This document shows, in pieces, positions 28,080 to 29,837 of a DNA stretch of 29,837 bases (within the stretch, counting starts at the first letter, position 1; every line of letters begins with the position of its first letter). The DNA is from Prasinococcaceae sp. CCMP 1430 (lineage: Eukaryota; Plantae; Prasinodermophyta), in contig RQSC01000030.1 in NCBI GenBank assembly GCA_013416795.1, positions 355,884-385,720 of the forward strand, given 5' to 3'. The notes under the pieces were generated by a model, which did not search any database, was not told the origin of the DNA, and saw only the letters and a program-made list of their open reading frames with translations. Made by a program: the position numbers and the translations under genes.

Positions 28080-28925
28080 CTAGCGGGCGCCGAAGGAGTC
28101 CACGCAGTGCTGCAGCGCGCCGCGCACGGCGTAGTAGCGCTTGGAGGTGGCCGTGGCGCGCACCCACACCAGCCGCCCCGCGCTGTCCACCAGGTACTTG
28201 CGCCACTCGTACGTCTTGCCGTAGGGGCCCGCCGTGATGGCGCTCGCGCTGAAGAGCACCTCGAAGGCGCGCGCGCCGCCCGGCGCGCGCACCTCGCGCG
28301 CGCGGACGAGCTCCTGCTGCGGCGCGGCCTCCGCGAGGGCGGCGCCCAGCGCCTCGGCCGACTCGTACACGTCGCCGACCGCGCGGGGGCGGTCCGCGCC
28401 GCCCCGCGCGGCGTCGGCGTACGCCGCGAAGACTGTCAGCGTCTCGCCGAGCTCACGCGGGTTCTGGAAGCTCTCCTGCACGCCCTCGCCGCCGTACCGT
28501 CCGGGGGGCAGCGCCTCGTAGCGCTGCCACCCCGACGGGAAGTCGACCGACAGGCCGCCCGCGGCGCGCGCGCCCACCACCTCGAACGACAGTGAATTGA
28601 AGCCGCCTGCCGCGTGCGGTGCGCGCGCGCGTGTGTGTGTGCGTGTGTGTGTGCGCGCGCGCGTGTGTGTCAGTGATTGTGTGTGTGTGCGAGTGAGCTT
28701 CTGCGTGCATGTGCGTGCGCATGCGCGCCAGGCACACGCCGTTCGCGTGTGCAGCCGCTCCCGCACCTGGCGCGTACTGCGGTGCCGACCATTTGCGGCT
28801 GACGCTCGCCCACGCGTCGCCGCCGACGCCCGCTCCCGCTCCCACGACGGCACCCACGCCGGCGAGCAACGCGGCGCGGCGGTCCCCGCGTGCCTCGACG
28901 TGCACGCTCCCGAGCGCGTCCGCGC
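28080..28925 (-). CDS. PsbP-domain-like thylakoid lumen protein; exons 28767-28925 and 28080-28606; first exon missing or uncertain
   Basis: [13 protein letters not shown]...DAWA (Tat signal with AxA), then [12 protein letters not shown]...[22 protein letters not shown]...[13 protein letters not shown]...VDSF*. Intron 28607-28766 (CCAG|GTGCGG...gcag|), phase 1. Confidence 0.7.
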   Translation of the reverse strand, partial: ARTRSGACTSRHAGTAAPRCSPAWVPSWERERASAATRGRASAANGRHRSTRQVRERLHTRTACAWRACARTCTQKLTRTHTQSLTHTRARTHTRTHTRARAPHAAGGFNSLSFEVVGARAAGGLSVDFPSGWQRYEALPPGRYGGEGVQESFQNPRELGETLTVFAAYADAARGGADRPRAVGDVYESAEALGAALAEAAPQQELVRAREVRAPGGARAFEVLFSASAITAGPYGKTYEWRKYLVDSAGRLVWVRATATSKRYYAVRGALQHCVDSFGAR

Positions 28926-29060
28926 CTGCGTGCGTTCGCGCGTCCGCACCACGCCCATCCATCCGCTGCCGAACCATCCCACCCGCTCCACGTACACACG
29001 CGCGCACACGCACACGCGCGCACACTCCCTCCCTTTGCTTTCCCTCACCGCGCCTCACAG

Positions 29061-29160
29061 TCCAGCACGAGTGCATCCCGCAGGCGATCCTCGGCATTGA
29101 TGTCATTTGCCAGGCCAAGTCCGGCATGGGCAAGACCGCGGTGTTCACGCTGTCGACGCT
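29061..29160 (+). CDS. UAP56: Isolated internal exon of DEAD-box helicase UAP56/DDX39 (Q motif and motif I)
   Basis: After acceptor cctcacag: (V)[33 protein letters not shown], essentially the UAP56 consensus. Ends at the single N 29161. Confidence 0.9.
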
Positions 29161-29269
29161 NCGCGCCTGCGCGCGCGCCCGCTCGCGCACACACGCGCTC
29201 GCACACACGCGCGCGCGCGCACACGCTCGCACACACGCGCGAGCGCGCACACACGCACACGCACACCCG

Positions 29270-29673
29270 CGCCGCGCGGCGCTCTTCTCCGCCCTCGCCG
29301 CCTCCCTCCCGACGCCCCCCGCGTTGGCCGCGCCAACACCCGCCAACACCCCCGAGCTCGAGCGGTTCGAGCCCGTCTCCGACCTGTTCTACCCCGACGC
29401 CTTCGAGGGCAGGTGGGAGGTCGAGTCGGTGCTCACCTCCGCCGAGGCGCTCTCCGCGGCGTCCGAGGCGGCGGTGAAGCAGGCGCTGCGGACCAAGGGC
29501 GCCGCGGTGCGCTACGGCGCGCGGTGGCTGCGGGTGGGGGGTGGGGGCGGCGTGGGAGGGGAAGGTGAGGGGCGCGTGGTGCTCGACCGCGGCTACACCA
29601 GCGCGGGGCTGCTCGAGGCGACGCTGGGCGAGGGGCTGGTGCTCGACGTGCAGTGGGAGCCCGACGTGCCAAG
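29270..29673 (+). CDS. Partial exon of DUF6816-like putative thylakoid lumen protein (not in ORF track)
   Basis: RRAALFSALAASLPTPPALA (Tat-like), LFYPDAFEGRWEVESVLTS, VRYGARW, GRVVLDRGY...LLEATLG...VQWEPDVP. Donor AG|GTGTGG at 29673/29674. Family assignment is from memory. Confidence 0.6.
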
Positions 29674-29713
29674 GTGTGGGCGCGAGCGCGCGCGAGCGCA
29701 GGCGCGCAGGCGC

Positions 29714-29723
29714 GCACACACAA

Positions 29724-29758
<35 letters not shown>

Positions 29759-29768
29759 CGCGCGCGTG

Positions 29769-29837
<69 letters not shown>
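29714..29837 (+). repeat. (CA)n microsatellite in intron, running off the window end
   Basis: Long acacacac tracts after the 29674 donor. Confidence 0.95.

Noticed and set aside
26282-29837. CRISPR array or transposon termini among the repeats
   Set aside because: All repeats are simple di- to heptanucleotide microsatellites. I saw no repeat-spacer structure, terminal inverted repeats, transposase or reverse transcriptase.

Overview
This is a gene-dense, very GC-rich (roughly 70% by eye) eukaryotic nuclear scaffold with short GT-AG introns, CTGAC/CTAAC branch points and CA/GT microsatellites. A plant-type MAPKK, CYP97, a PsbP-like protein and Tat-signal lumen proteins point to a green alga; a prasinophyte/Prasinoderma-grade organism is a guess, not verified. 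Genes in order: DnaJ-type Zn-finger (3' part), dolichol kinase, TPR+2OG-Fe(II) oxygenase, secreted Cys-rich/Kazal/dockerin protein, subtilisin with three somatomedin-B-like repeats, lipoate-protein ligase, orphan membrane protein, APC4, katanin p60 (5' truncated), MAPKK (5' truncated), CREST-family membrane protein, LRR protein, CYP97, ankyrin protein, HMG-CoA lyase, PsbP-like protein, an orphan UAP56 exon and a DUF6816-like exon. Two things stand out. (1) A ~1.3 kb AT-richer mitochondrial segment (sdh3, trnP, trnG, trnL, 5' rps4) sits between katanin and MAPKK. rps4 is fused in frame and without a gap to the kinase, and sdh3 is apparently in frame with katanin across a single N. It may be a real NUMT or a gap-filling artefact; a parallel orphan UAP56 exon beside another single N favours artefact. 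(2) A divergent pair of secreted proteins: a Kazal-like plus bacterial-type dockerin protein, and a subtilase with SMB repeats. The window has three N gaps and two single-N joins. All family assignments come from motif recognition by eye; no searches were run.
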